Origin: Sphyrna mokarran | Taxonomy: Eukaryota | NCBI GenBank assembly: GCA_024679065.1 | Contig: JAGIQG010000043.1 | Coordinates: 1,488,001-1,552,000 of the forward strand | Direction of reading: 5' to 3' | DNA length: 64,000 nucleotides | Shown: positions 1-12,865 of the stretch, one piece after another | Position numbering within the stretch: position 1 is the first letter of the stretch | Layout: the number at the start of each line of letters is the position of its first letter | Notes under the pieces: model-generated | The model's input: only the letters and a program-made list of their open reading frames with translations | The model's database searches: none | What the model was told of the DNA's origin: nothing | Position numbers and translations under genes: made by a program

Positions 1-290
1 CTACCCGTGCCTTAAACATATTCAACGAGGTAACTTCCACCACTTCAATGGGTGAGAATTCCAGAGATTCAGTACCCTCTGAGAGAAGTTCCTCCTCAAC
101 TCTAAATTGACCCCCCTCCCCCTTTATTTTGAGACTGTGCTCTCTAGTTCAGGTTTCTTTCTAAGTGAAACGAATCTCTCTACCTCAACCCTATCTAGCC
201 CGATAATTATCTTACGTGTCTCTTTAAAATCACCCCCTCAGCCAACTAAATTCTAAGGAGTACAGGCCCAGTCTCCTCAATCTCTGAACG
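1..290 (-). mobile_element. CR1/HER1-type LINE 3' ORF2 fragment, degenerate
   Basis: Reverse complement resembles the ORF2 C-terminal region (LRRLRG..FKET / RNFSQRVLNLWNS) seen in other CR1 copies in the window. Confidence 0.6.
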
Positions 291-2124
291 TTTGTCGTTG
301 TGATACTTATCAAGCTGTCTGCTTAGACTTGGGTGATGTCAAGCTTCGTGAGTGTTGTTGGAGCTGCGCTCATTCAGGCTAGAGAGGAATAATTCATTGC
401 ATTCCTGACGTGTGCCTTGTAGTCACTAATAAATGCAATAGGGAATTCAGATGATTGGGAAAAATGTGATTCAATACGATTTGTATTGAATAAAGTCAAA
501 AAAGCTCTGTAGGAACGATGGGAACCTAGAGGTTCATTGAAGGCAGCATACCGAGAGAGTAGTTGAAAAAGCATTTTGTATCATAGCTTTTTTTTTATTA
601 ACAGATCCAGGGATCTGTAGGTTAGAGGGATTAGTGGGTACAATATGTAGGGATGTGGGGCAGGGCCTGAGTCGGATTGTGTTCAGTGCAGACTCGAAGA
701 GCCTCTTTCTGCATTGTAATGTCCTACGATGATTTAATTTATGCTTATTTGAAGCATGCGGTTGCGTATTTTAATGCACGACTTTCCTTCACATAATGGA
801 AATTCAAACGTAGAGAATAGAACTGATAATTTTAATTGCCAGAGAGGTGAGTGGCTCCACGCCAGTAATTGATCCATCTTGTCATCTTGCATCACAGGAT
901 TAAAAAGTGTGGCTGGGAATCCTCGTGTTACCACGGACAGAATGGTCCGAATGACGTAATTTGGTGCTGTGATTTTTCTCTGGTTCGATGACTGAAGGTC
1001 TAATGTTTAGTTTTTCTTTTCATTTATTTTCCCCAGTTTCAGTGTAATGCGAAGGCAGGAAAAACGCTGCATGAAGAACGATCTTTGCCTGAACAGCTTA
1101 CAACAGCAGTATGCGAAATTCACTTTTTCCTTCTTAAGGATGAGGTAACAGAACACTTAGAAAATGTCAGCAGAATGAGACAAAGTCAACACATATTCAT
1201 GAAAAGGAAATTGCATTTGGCAAATGTAAAGCAGGGAGAGATCAATTTGATAGGTTTGGACAACAGGCCCCCAAATAGAGAGTGAGAAATTGAGGAACAC
1301 ATGTGTAAGGAGGCAAAAGATAGCTGCAACAAAATAAAAACAGGGTGGTAATAATTGAGGACTTTAACTGAGACAGCCATAGCAATTGGATGGAGAGCAA
1401 TTTGTTGAGTGTGGAGGAATTTCTCATTCACTATGTGGATGGCCCGATTAGAGAGGGAGCAACACTTGACGTCCTCTTGGGAAGTAGGGAAGGGCAGACA
1501 ACAAAAGTGTTAACGAGGGATCACTTTGAGATCAGTGACGTATTTACTATCAGCTCCTTACACTTGTACTTAATGCCTCCATTAACATATGATACAAAAT
1601 GCTTTTTCAACTACTCTCTCAACATGCTACCTTCAATGAATCTGTAGGTTCCTATTGTTCCTACAAAGTTTTTTGACGTTATTTTTTGCTGAATATCCAT
1701 ATTCGTCCTGCCAAAGATCATTGCCTCACATTTCTCTGCATTGATCGCCACATGCCACGTCGCTGCCCACTCCACTTCAGGAAGAAAGTCTACAGTACAA
1801 GAGATTTGTGAACAAAATGAGAGTGTGTGGGACTTCATGGAATGTACTGCCACTGATTGAGGGCTGGTTACCGGACCGAAAATAGAACTTAAGGACAAAT
1901 GTGTCAATGTCAGGCTGGCAGGCTTTGAAGAGTGTTTTTTGATAAGGATCAACAATGGGACCACAGCCTTTCATAATCCTTATCGGCAATCTGGACTTTG
2001 GGGATTACATTTAATTTTTCCAAGTATGCAAACATACACACTGATAGACATATTTGCAAATCGTGATTGCCAAAAGAACCCCCCTCTCTCTGTTTCTCTT
2101 TCTCTCTCTATCTATGGGGTAGCA

Positions 2125-2840
2125 GTCTTAGCTGTCTTGTGGAGCAGAATGATGTCAGGGTTCGGGTCCATAGGACTCTTAAATCGGCCCCGCAGGTGGA
2201 GGAAGTGGTCAAGAAGGCGTACGATGTACTGGCCTTCATTAATCGAGGAATAGAGTTTAGGAGTCAGGAGGTAGTGATGCAGCTCTCTAAGACTCTTGTC
2301 AGACCCCACTTGTAGTATTGTGCGCAGTTCTGGTCGCCTCACTATAGGAAGGATGTAGAGGCTATTGAGAGAGTGCAGAGGAGATTTACAAGGATGCTGC
2401 CTGGATTGGGAGCAGGCCTTATGAAGATAGGTTGAGGGAGCTGGGACTCTTCTCACTGGAGAGACGTAGGTTGAGAGGCGACCTGATAGAGGTTTATAAA
2501 TTGTTGAGAGGTATAGATAGGGTGTACTCTCAGAGACTATTTCCCCGAGCTGAAATGGTCACTACGAGAGGACACAGATTTAAAGTGCACGGAAGCAAAT
2601 ACATAGGCTATATTAGGGGTCAGTTTTTCACTCAGAGGGTGGTGAGTGAATGGAATCGGCTGCAGTCGGAGGTTGTTGAGGCAAACTCGCTGAGGTCTTT
2701 TAAACTACTTCTGGATGACTATATGGAAATGAATAGGATAGGGGGTTATAGATAGGTCTGTGGATTGGTAGATGTGATCGGCGCAACTTGTGGGCCGAAG
2801 GGCCTGTTTGTGCTGTATTGCTCTGTGTTCTATGTTCTAA
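2125..2840 (+). mobile_element. 5'-truncated CR1/HER1-type LINE
   Basis: ORFs 2067-2315 and 2432-2755 ([43 protein letters not shown]); tail GGGCCGAAGGGCCTG...GTTCTATGTTCTA. Confidence 0.9.
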
Positions 2841-2855
2841 CTATCTATCTATCTA

Positions 2856-2905
<50 letters not shown>

Positions 2906-2935
2906 ACTCACACACACACTCACACACATACACAT
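2840..2935. repeat. Compound microsatellite (CTAT)n(CT)n(CA)n
   Basis: Directly visible. Confidence 0.9.
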
Positions 2936-4149
2936 AGCAGTAAACAAAGATCAGTACCTGCGCACAACTATGCTAATGCATGTTTGTTGTTGTAAGTCGT
3001 CGAATGAATTTGTCAGTTTAAGTTATAACAGTTTTGACTATTCACAGGCATATTTGTTACTGTCACTGCGACATATCATTGGGGAATGATTTGAATTGTT
3101 TTTATTGTGAACATTTTTAGTGATTTGAGAGGCCAGTTTAAGTGAAGTTTGAAGCCAGAATTTAAAATTCTATTTCTCTGAAAATTCATACAAATGATAT
3201 TCCCTTTCTCCATTTGATTGGGTAGCTCTTGTTGCCAAGTTCAATTACACACCAGTGACAAACGGAATCATTGAGGCTTTTGAAAAACAGTCTAGCGCAG
3301 AATGTGAAACTTTATGGTGTGATCAGGATTTCAAGCATTTTGACTTTGTGAGCATCAGAAAACAGTGATGTATTTCCAAATCAGGATGGTGATTGGTTTG
3401 GAGCAGAACGTCCAAGAGGTACCATTCCTATATGTCTGCTCCCATATTTGCCTACATTATTCTGTGTCTACAGACTCTTATCCTTCCAGGTACTAAAGTT
3501 GGCGGATCTGCACTTTGCTGTTGAAGGAACGTTGGTTAATTGTTGCAGAAAAACTTGTAGATGCTGCATATGGCTGTCACTGAAGTTCAAATAATGAGTG
3601 GAGTAGGCATTAATGCTTAGTGTGTCGATCAAACATGCTTTGTCCTGGATGGTTTCAAAGTTCGTGAGTATTCTTTGAGCGTCATTCATCTAGACAAGTG
3701 TAGAGTGCCCAAGCGCACGCCTGACCTTTATTTTGTTGATGGGCAGTGTTTGCGTTGTGAGAGAAAGAGTAGTTTGTCTCAGAATCACCGAATCTGAACT
3801 TTGAACGTTTTTTAGTAGTTCCTGTTCAATTTCTGTTCATTCATAATCGCCTCAGTGAGTTGGATTGCCATTGGATGTCAAAGGAAAATGTTTAGATTAT
3901 CTCTTGTTGACACATTCTTGGCCTGTTCTTGGGGACCCAGTGCTAATGCTTACCAGGTCCAATTGTCTGCTGCCAAGGTCTTGCTGTAAATGGATGCAAA
4001 GTGTTTCAGTGTCTGAGCTGTCAGGAATGACTCTGAACGTTGTGAAATCACCAACTAACTTCCCACTTCGGACCTGATGATGACAGGAAAATCACTAATA
4101 ATGCACCTGGAGATCTCAGGTTTTGAAATCGGGACCAATTCCGTTTTTG

Positions 4150-5048
4150 TCATATAAGTAATTTAACAATCCGCGTAAAGGGATATTTTGCTACTAACTT
4201 CAATTGTTCTCTGAACTTAGTCTGTGTCACAGCATAAATGCAGGTGTTTGTGCAGCAGCTCAGCATCTGCAGCATGTATCCTATTTCTCCTACTGATGAA
4301 ACTGGAGTTCTAAAATTCAGGTTCACCCACGCCAATTGATTCCATATAACATACAGCAAGAAGAAGGCCCACAAGAGAATGAAATTCCCAGAGATAACAA
4401 AAAGTAATATCATGGACTTTCTTCGACTCTCCATTTCTGGATCTACTGGACTGTCTCCATCTCTCTGAGTTCGGAGCCTCCTGCGGGCTCGGCTGCTTAC
4501 GAGAACATGCTTGATGGTTAAAGCATTCAGCAGCAGAATCAGTACAAATGGGATAAAAGGTGTTATAAAGTAGTCAATGAATTCTATTATGCCCCAGATG
4601 AGGGATCTTCTCACTTGGTAACTTGTTTGACAAAACCGAGGCGAATTCCTTAACATATACCCGTCTATGAGCATGAAACACCAGAAAATATTCTTGACAA
4701 TGCTCAGTACTGTCACTGTTCCCAGAACCACACCTGCAGTTTTTTCAGTGCAGTGTTTAGTTTTCAGCTTTTGGCAACAGATTGCCACAAATCTATCAAA
4801 GGTAAACGCGACAGTGAACCAGACAGAACAGTCTCTGACAGCATAAATCAGGACAGCGTGGAACTTGCAGACAGGGCTGTTCAAGAGAAATAAAAAATGT
4901 TCCCGAAACACAATGGGAATTTGCCTCAGTATCAGGTCGATAATAACGAGTGGTAAATCCGTTGATCCCATGGTCAGCAGATACAATGTCACACAGTTGG
5001 ACAGACCACACTTTCTCTGCGAGAGTACAGCAATCATCTGCACATTAA
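4150..5048 (-). CDS. GPR139-like class A GPCR, exon 2 (end of TM1 to TM7), intact; gene A
   Basis: Open frame VNVQMIAVLSQRKCGLS...FTFDRFVAICC...DPEMESRRKSMILLF...LSCCTNTCIY...KLLI*; phase-1 acceptor ttttcctcatag|TTAAT at 5049-5050; DRF motif and hydrophobic helices; motifs match the expanded GPR139-like family of sharks as I recall it. Confidence 0.9.
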
Positions 5049-5319
5049 CTATGAGGAAAACAGAAATATAGTAAGGAAAAATATTGCTCAGACAGAAAGA
5101 AATGTTAACAAATTGATATAATATGTTTTACAGGTTAATTGTACGCTACAATATCTTGTGTTGTGTGCATACGATTGTAATTGCGACAGGATAACCTGTA
5201 GCTGGCAATCATTTCAATTCAATGAAATCGACCGATCTTTTAAACGAGCGTCACGCTTTGGATTGAATAACATATGAAGGCTAGCATTTCCTGTCTCAAA
5301 CAAAGTTCGGAGCTGAGCT

Positions 5320-6042
5320 GAGTAACAGAGGCCACATGAGGTGAATCACAAAAACTCAGTCCGCAGGTGCAGCAGGTGATCAAGAAGGCGGATGGAATCT
5401 TGGCCTTTATAACGAAGGGGACAGAATGTAAAAGCAGGGAGCTCTTGTTGCAACTGTACAAGGCACTGGTGAGGCCGCAACTGGAGTACTGTGTGCAATT
5501 TTGGTGCCTGTATTTGCAAAAAGATATATTGATCTTGGAGGGAGTACAGACAAGGTTCGCCAGGTTGGTACAGGAGAAGGGACAGTTAGCTTATGAGGAG
5601 AGATTGAGTAGATTGGGCTGTACTCGTTGGAGTTTAGAAGGCTGAGGGATGATTTTATAAAGACATATAAGATAATGAAGGGGCCAGGCAAAATACTGGT
5701 AGGGAGATTTTCTTTTTCCAATTAGAAAGGAAACCAGAACTAGAGGGCATAACCTCAAAAAGGGGGGGGGGATCACCTGAGGACAGAGTTGAGGAGGAAC
5801 TTCTTCTTTCAGAGGGTAGTGAATCTCTGGAATTCTGTGCTCATCGAAGTGGTGGAGGCTACCTCGCTGAATATGTTTAAGTCACAGGTAGAAAGATTTC
5901 TGATCAATAATGGAATTAAGGTTATGGGGAGCAAGGGGGTAAGTGGAACTGATCCACTTTAGATCAGCCATGATCTTATTGAATGGTGGGGTAGGCTGGA
6001 GGGGCTAGATGGTCTACTCCTGATCTAATTTCTTATGTTCTT
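5320..6042 (+). mobile_element. CR1-type LINE 3' fragment (older family)
   Basis: ORF 5367-5645 ([17 protein letters not shown]); 3' UTR and tail CCTACTCCTG..TTCTTATGTTCTT. Confidence 0.85.
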
Positions 6043-6171
6043 CAGCGTTCACTTTATGTTATTGACAATAATTCTAAGATCAATAGTTGTAGATTAGAGT
6101 GCACACATGATCCAAAACTATTGTACTTGATCATTACCCAATCTCATTATTATTATTGGAGGCAATAGATT

Positions 6172-7849
6172 AGAACATAGAAAATAGAACATAGAACATT
6201 ACAGCACAGAACAGGCCCTTCGGCCTTCGATGTTGCGCCGACCAATATAAAAAGCAATGCCCCTCCAAACTAAACCATTCCCTTCTCTTCCATATACTTA
6301 TCAACTAACCTCTTAAACGCCACCAAACTTGGCGCATCTACAACTGCTGCAGGCAGGGCATTCCACTCCCGAACCACCCTTTGGGTAAAGAACCTTCCTC
6401 TGATATCCGTCCTATAACTATCACCCCTTAATTTAAAGCTGTGTCCCCTTGTGCTAGCTTTTTCCATCTTAGGAAAAAGGCTATCACTGTCCACCCTATC
6501 TAAACCTCTAATCATCTTATATGTTTCGATTAGGTCCCCTCTTAGCCTCCTCCTTTCTAACGAAAACAACCTCAAATCCCTCAGCCTCTCTTCATAAGAC
6601 ATGCCCTCCATACCAGGCAACATCCTGGTAAACCTCCTCTGTACCCTCTCCATGCCTCCACATCTTTCTTATAATGTGGGGACCAGAACTGCACACAATA
6701 CTCCAAGTGCGGCCGCACTAGAGTTTTTGTACAGTTGCAACATGACGTTGCGGCTCCGAAATTCAATCCCTCTACCAATAAAAGCCAAGACTCCATATGC
6801 CTTCCTAACAACCATCTCGACCTGACTGCCTACTTTCAGGGATCTATGCACATACACACCAAGATCCCTCTGTTCATCTAGACTACTAAGAATCCTACCA
6901 TTTGCCCTATACTCTACACATTTATTATTTCTGCCATAGTGCATTACCTCACACTTTTCCACATTAAACTCCATTTGCCACCTCTCGGCCCAGCTCTGCA
7001 ACTTGTCCAAGTCCCTCTGCAAACTATAACACCCCTCTTCACTATCTACCACTCCACCGACTTTAGTGTCATCTGCAAATTTACTAATCCATCCTTCAAT
7101 ACCCTCATCCAGATCATTTATAAAAATTACAAACAGCAGGGGCCCCAAAACAGACCCCTGAGGTACACCACTTGTCACCGAACTCCACGATGAATATCTC
7201 CCATCAACCACCACCCTCTGTCTTCTATCTGCTAGCCAATTCCTAACCCAATTAGCTAAATCACCTCTATCCCATACATCTGCATTTTCTGCAGAAGTCT
7301 TCCATGGGCCACCTTATCAAACGCCTTACTAAAGTCCATATATACCACATCAACCGCCTTACCCCCATCCACCTCTTTGGTCACTTTTTCAAAAAACTCA
7401 ATAAGGTTAGTAAGGCACGACCTACCCTTCACAAAACCATGCTGACTATCCCCAATCAATTCATTTCTCTCTAAATAACTATAAATCCTATCCCTAATAA
7501 TTCTCTCCAATAGTTTGCCCACAACAGAAGTAAGACTCACTGGCCTATAATTCCCTGGAAGGTCTCTCTTCCCCTTCTTGAACAACGGGACCACATTCGC
7601 TATCCTCCAGTCCTCCGGAACCACTCCCGTAACCAACGACGACCTGAAGATCAGAGCCAGAGGCTCTGCAATCTCCTCTCTTGCCTCCCAGAGCATCCTA
7701 GGGTAAATCCCGTCCGGCCCAGGGGACTTATCCAACTTCAAACCCTCGAGAATATCTAGCACATCCTCCCTATCTACTTCGATACCTTCCAATTTGCTAC
7801 CCTGTACCTCAGTGTTCCCCATAACTACATTTACATCACCCTGCGTGAA
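6172..7849 (-). mobile_element. Young 5'-truncated CR1/HER1-type LINE (RT region), subfamily A
   Basis: ORFs 7256-7822, 6669-7214 and 6270-6653 with KSPGPDG, NYRPVSL, GVPQGSVLGP, KFADD; (ATAGAAC)n tail at 6172-6198; lies in the intron of GPCR gene A. Confidence 0.97.
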
Positions 7850-8723
7850 TAAATTAGACCAGGTTGCATGTTCTGCTCAATCTCAAATAATATCCAAGCA
7901 ATTCAGACTCTACCCTTCCACTATTCGTTCTTGGTGGCTGTGTTGGCTGGATATCGGAGCGGGGTTCTGTTGTCCCTTGTTATGTGGAAAACGAAGAAGT
8001 GGGAAATGGGGAGGATGAAATGAAACTGCAATTCTTCCTGTGAACACCAGAGGGCGGCCAGATAATAGGGAGGGAAAGTGATGATAATGGATCAGATATC
8101 ACTGATACTTTTCAATGCACCAATCTATTATTTCCGAATATTGTCATTGTAAATGGACCCAGGAAACGCATTGCATGATTTAAACAACAATTATCACTCG
8201 ATTGAATTTCAGCTCATGAAAAATTAGTTGCCAAAATATATTGACTGTGTTCTGTTGTTAATTGTGCCTGCTCACGCAGCCAACTTCATCTGAATGACAG
8301 AGATGGCTGACAGAATAATCCTCCCACTCCAGTGACAATTGCAAAGGAGCATGGATAGCAAATATTTAATAATCAATCCTACTTGCTATATTTCTTAGAC
8401 ATTTAGATCAAAATATTATATCTAAGTGACATCAAAACGTCCAGAATGCGTCATTCGATAATTTAAATGTTACATCTTGTAAAAATGCAGTTACCATATC
8501 AGATATAAAAATTTCAAGTATCATTTCAAACATTATGCAAGTTCTGTTCTCCAACTCTCCGACAGAGCATTTTGCAAGATCAGGAATTCAGTGGCAAATT
8601 TGGAGTAATATTTGGACACAGAATTGGGACAAATAAAGCAGCAAAGAGAAGAAAGTAAATTAGAAGAGCAATAACTCAGTAAAACCCTGTTTGCTCAATG
8701 AATGCGTTGAAATAGACACTTAG

Positions 8724-8944
8724 CCAGCACCAATGATAACTAAGATGGAATGGAAAAGTATCCAACAACCTGAAGTCCGAGGCACAGCACGCATTCTAGC
8801 GGTACACTCCTATCACGTATCTATCAATACCGTTACTAGTATCCATAAAACGTATATACATTGGTGTAACATCCACTCTATTGTTCCCTGATTCTGATCA
8901 ATCATAGCAAAATTCTTATTTGTTTTCCTGTTCTGATGTATCAT
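8724..8944 (-). pseudogene. GPR139-like exon 1 (gene A), frameshifted, with mutated splice donor
   Basis: ATG at 8944, MIHQNRKT..MIDQNQGTIEW, then frameshifts and stops; ends ...HSILVIIG followed by CTAAGT where the paralogues have GTAAG. Confidence 0.8.
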
Positions 8945-9009
8945 GTCGCTCTCTCTTTCTGGAGCCACTGTAGCCTCTCGTCTTGCAAGTGGCACTCCAA
9001 AACTACGGC

Positions 9010-9110
9010 ATAACACATTGAAACGAGTCCCTCATTAATACAAGAGCAATCCTTTCTGCGACACACCAAATGTTCATGGAGGCTCTCATTAATTAGCAGT
9101 CGGTGATCAA
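9010..9110 (-). promoter_or_regulatory. Conserved upstream block of GPCR exon 1A
   Basis: Aligns with 12045-12145 (TAACACATTGAAACG; CCTTTCTG.GACA; CATGGAGGC.CTCATTAATTA) and partly with 19795-19910. Confidence 0.6.
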
Positions 9111-9129
9111 GCAGGTTCAGTCAAATCTG

Positions 9130-10140
9130 TCAAGAGCCAAACCATACGTACCAGCAGCAGCAGTTTCGGAAGTTCGGTAGAGAGTTAAAAAAAAAACAGG
9201 ACTTTGAGTGTTGTAGTCTCAAGTTGACTCCCTGTGCCATCCGCCAGTGAGGCTAGAAGTCGGAAATTAGTAGAACTCAACATGTGGCTAACCAGTTAGT
9301 CGGATAGAGTGTCTGTTATTTATTGCCTGTTATTATAACAGCTCATCCAGTTCATTCGAATCTCTTCAGGGGCAAGAAGGACCTGCACAAGAAGAACGGT
9401 TTATATCTAAATTGGAGGGGGCATAAATATGCTGGCCAGAAATTTGGCAATGTCAGAAAGGAGGATGTAAACTTGTTTAAATCATCCTTTCTAACATTTA
9501 CTTTAATGGATATAGCTGTGAAGAAGGCTTATAATCTGGTAGCGTTTATAAACATGGGTTTGAGTTTACGAGCCGTGGGGTTATGCTGCAACTGTACCGG
9601 CCATTAGTGAGACCATTCTTTGAATGTTGTGTTCAGTTCTGGTCACCTCATTATAAGAAGGATGTAGAAGCATTGGAGAGAGTGCAGAACAGGTTTACCA
9701 GAATGCTGCCTGGTTTGGAGAGCAGGTCTTATAAAGAAAGGTTGAGGGAGGTGGGGCTTTTCTTTTTGGAGTGGTGGAAAATGAAAGGCGACTTAATAGA
9801 GGTTTATACGATGATGAGAGAGATTGATAGAGTGGACGTGCGGACTATTTCCTCGGGAGGATGTAGCTATTATAGAGGCAAAACTATGAGGTTCGTGGTG
9901 GGACATATAGGAGAGATTTTCGAGGTAGATTCTTTACTCAGAGAGTGGTTGGGATGGAATAGAGTGCCTGCTGTGATAGTGGAGTTGGACGCTTTCGAAA
10001 CTTTCAACCGGTTATTGTATAGGCACATGGACCACTCCAGAATTATAAGGAGGGGATAGCTTGATCTTGGGGTTGGACAGAGTTTGCCACAGCATTGAGG
10101 GCCGAAGAGACTGTGCTGTGCTGTAATGTTCTGTGCTTCT
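9130..10140 (+). mobile_element. Internally deleted CR1-type LINE (ORF1 remnant plus ORF2 3' end)
   Basis: LHKKNGLYLNWRG (ORF1 esterase C-terminal remnant); ORF 9583-10059 [21 protein letters not shown]; CR1-type tail. Confidence 0.8.
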
Positions 10141-10769
10141 ATATTTAGCCGGGATTGGGAACAAACACAATTTACTGAAGGGGAACTCGCCAGTGAGCCT
10201 TAGAGATCGAACCGGCAATGCGTGGTTGCTGACAACAGAGAATCTGGTGGACTGACCTGCATCTGTTTCAATGGGAGAAGTAAAGAGTGAGGAATAATAT
10301 TTGGAATTATGATGTTGTTGCAATTACAGAGACTAGGCTATGGGAAGAACACTATTGGAAGTTTCAAGTTCCAGAATGCAGATGTTTCAGCAGTATTGAG
10401 TGGGCTTAAAAGAGGCAGGGAATTTGCATTACTGATTAAGGTGAATATCACAGCGATATTGGGGGATGGCGCATCCGAGGGTGCAAATAGCCAGGCAGTG
10501 CAGGTTGTGCTCAGAATGGAAAGGGTGTTGTCATAAGCTTGTTGGTATATTATAAGCCTCCCAACATCCAGCGGGAGATGAAGGGTGGTGAGTGCCTGGA
10601 ACTTGTTGCCGCGTGACTTTTAATGAGCAACTGGACAAATCTGTGAATAAGATGAGGATAGGAGGATATGATCCCGGAAGGATAGAGGAATTAGTTCACG
10701 GGGGCAGCATGATTGGTGCAGCCATTAACAATGAAGAGATATTTCAGGTACGAGCTTTGAGAAATGGAG

Positions 10770-11040
10770 AAGTCTGTGTGGAGTTTGCACGTTGTCCTCG
10801 TATCTGCGTGAGTTTTCTCCGGATACTCCGGTTTCCAACTACAGTCCAAAGATGTGCGGGTTAGGTTGATTGGCCATGCTAAGAAATTGCCCCTTCGTAT
10901 CCAGAGATGTGTAGGTTAAAGGGATTAGTGGGTATAATATGTAGGCATATGGAGGTAGCACCTGGATGGAATTGTGTCCAATGCAGACTCGATTGTCCGA
11001 AGGGCCTCCTTCTGTACTGTAGGTTTCTATGATTCTATGA
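10770..11040 (+). mobile_element. HE1/V-SINE-type SINE
   Basis: Core GTCTGTGTGGAGTTTGCAC..CTCCGGTTTCC..CAGTCCAAAGATGTG; tail TTCTATGATTCTATG. Confidence 0.85.
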
Positions 11041-11624
11041 AGTGTCGATTGCTGTGCTGTAATCATATTTGTTCTTTGTTCTATCACAATAATGTAGACA
11101 TTTTAATTGTTCGTGGACACATATTACAAGCCTGCTGAAGAAAACAATGATGAGCAATGGGTGCATTTCTTATTAAGTGCTTCAAAACTTTTGGACATGG
11201 ACCTTCTGTTATAGGGTGGGAGTGTTAATCACAATAAAACGTAATGACAGGGATATACACTTGTAATCACAGAGAATTCAGTCTTACATCACTGATAGGA
11301 AAACTTTCTACAATAATACACAACGCATGCACCAAGGTAAATCCTGGAAATGTCGAGGCCATGCTTCTGACAACTGGAATGACAGATCCCTTGTTCCCTT
11401 CACCATCAGGTCAGACGGTGCTGGTGATATGGGTCGGAGGGACCAGGACGTGTTAGAATCTGGATGAAGCGAATAATTACAATGTACCAAAAACTTAGCA
11501 CGTGGCAGGGACGACCCTTCCCCATCGTAGGGAAACAAAAAAAAGGTTATCAGATGTGAGGCACTCGTGACATTGTTGTACGTGTCATAGTATTGACCCC
11601 GTTTACAGAATGAAAGATGCTTAC

Positions 11625-11892
11625 CTGTGATACCAATGATAGCTAAGATAGGATAGTAGGAGTATCCCATGACTTTAACTCCAAGGAAGACCAAGAATTG
11701 CAGTGAAAACCCCGAATTACGATACCAATTAAGATTGTTAATGTCCACCATTAAATCCCTATACATTGCTATATCATTCCAGTCTAAAGATCTCAAATTC
11801 TGATCCATTGTTGGAACACTCCAGTGTAATGTTGTCAGATTCTGATCAATTGCTGCATCACTCCATTCTCTTGTTCTTAGATTGCGACCCAT
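11625..11892 (-). CDS. GPR139-like exon 1 (gene B): repeat-containing N-terminus and start of TM1; lacks its own exon 2
   Basis: Open frame MGRNLRTREW...MDQNLRSLDW...VMGYSYYPILAIIGIT; phase-1 donor G|gtaagc at 11624; first in-frame ATG at 11892 (the ORF-track start at 11955 is GTG). Confidence 0.8.
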
Positions 11893-12044
11893 CGATCTAA
11901 CATCCCATTCTAAAGTTGTAGTCTTTTGGCCAATAATTGGAACACGGTCATCCACTCTTCGATTCTGATCTCCCCTATCCTTTTCTCTCTAAAGCTGCTG
12001 TTACCGTTTGTCTGCAAGGTGGCTCTCCCGACTGAACTATTCGA

Positions 12045-12145
12045 TAACACATTGAAACGTGACACTTATTAGTAGAAGGCAGAGACCTTTCTGTGACATT
12101 GTTGGGACCCATGGAGGCACTCATTAATTACCCACCACTGAACAA
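12045..12145 (-). promoter_or_regulatory. Conserved upstream block of GPCR exon 1B
   Basis: Paralogous to 9010-9110; TAATTAATGAG homeodomain-type site and an AT-rich TATA-like element. Confidence 0.6.
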
Positions 12146-12479
12146 ACAGTTTTACTTAACGCCATCTAAACACAACCCATAACAATCAAAATAAAGTGGA
12201 ACTTTTTATTTTCCTGTTTAAGTTGTGATAAGGGAATATGCTGGCCAGTGGTGCAATTCTTAAATATCGTTCTATATTTCTTAGACACGAGTGTAGATTT
12301 ACGGAGCTGATGATTTAGTATCTCAGTGTTAATCACGATAAAATGGAAAGAAAGAGATAAACACAAGTTACCATAAAGCATTCAATCTCGCATAACTGAA
12401 GGAGAAATCTACACCACAATAGTGAATAAGTTGCCATGGTAAATTGTGGCAAAGCCGAGGCCATGACGTTTTGGGTACA

Positions 12480-12865
12480 GAGTAAGCAGTCTGACAACAC
12501 CAGGTCCAACCGATTTGTTTGATCGTAAACTCACAGGCTTTCGAATTTCCCCCTTTGTCAGGTGAATGAAGAGTACTTGCCTCAGACAGCATATAGCAGC
12601 ACAGACAGTTTACATATTACTGATTAGAATGTGAATCTTTACACCTAACCTCCTATTCAAGTCTTAAATTGGCCAACAAGGTGAGTGGAAGAAGCATTGA
12701 GCACAAGTTAAAGAGATGTGTATTGTCTCCAGACAGCACAATAAGTGAGGTTTTGCAAACCCACGCAAATCATGGGGATTACAGATAGTGCATGATCCCT
12801 GGTGTTGTCAGACGTCTTGCTGTGTTTACCCCAGTCCAACGCCAGCATCTTCACATCATGACTTT
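12480..12865. mobile_element. Penelope-like element remnant
   Basis: TCTGACAACACCAGG...CTCACAGGCTTTCG terminal motif with an inverted copy CCTGGTGTTGTCAGA at about 12818; homologous to 40390-40920. Family assignment is from recall. Confidence 0.5.
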
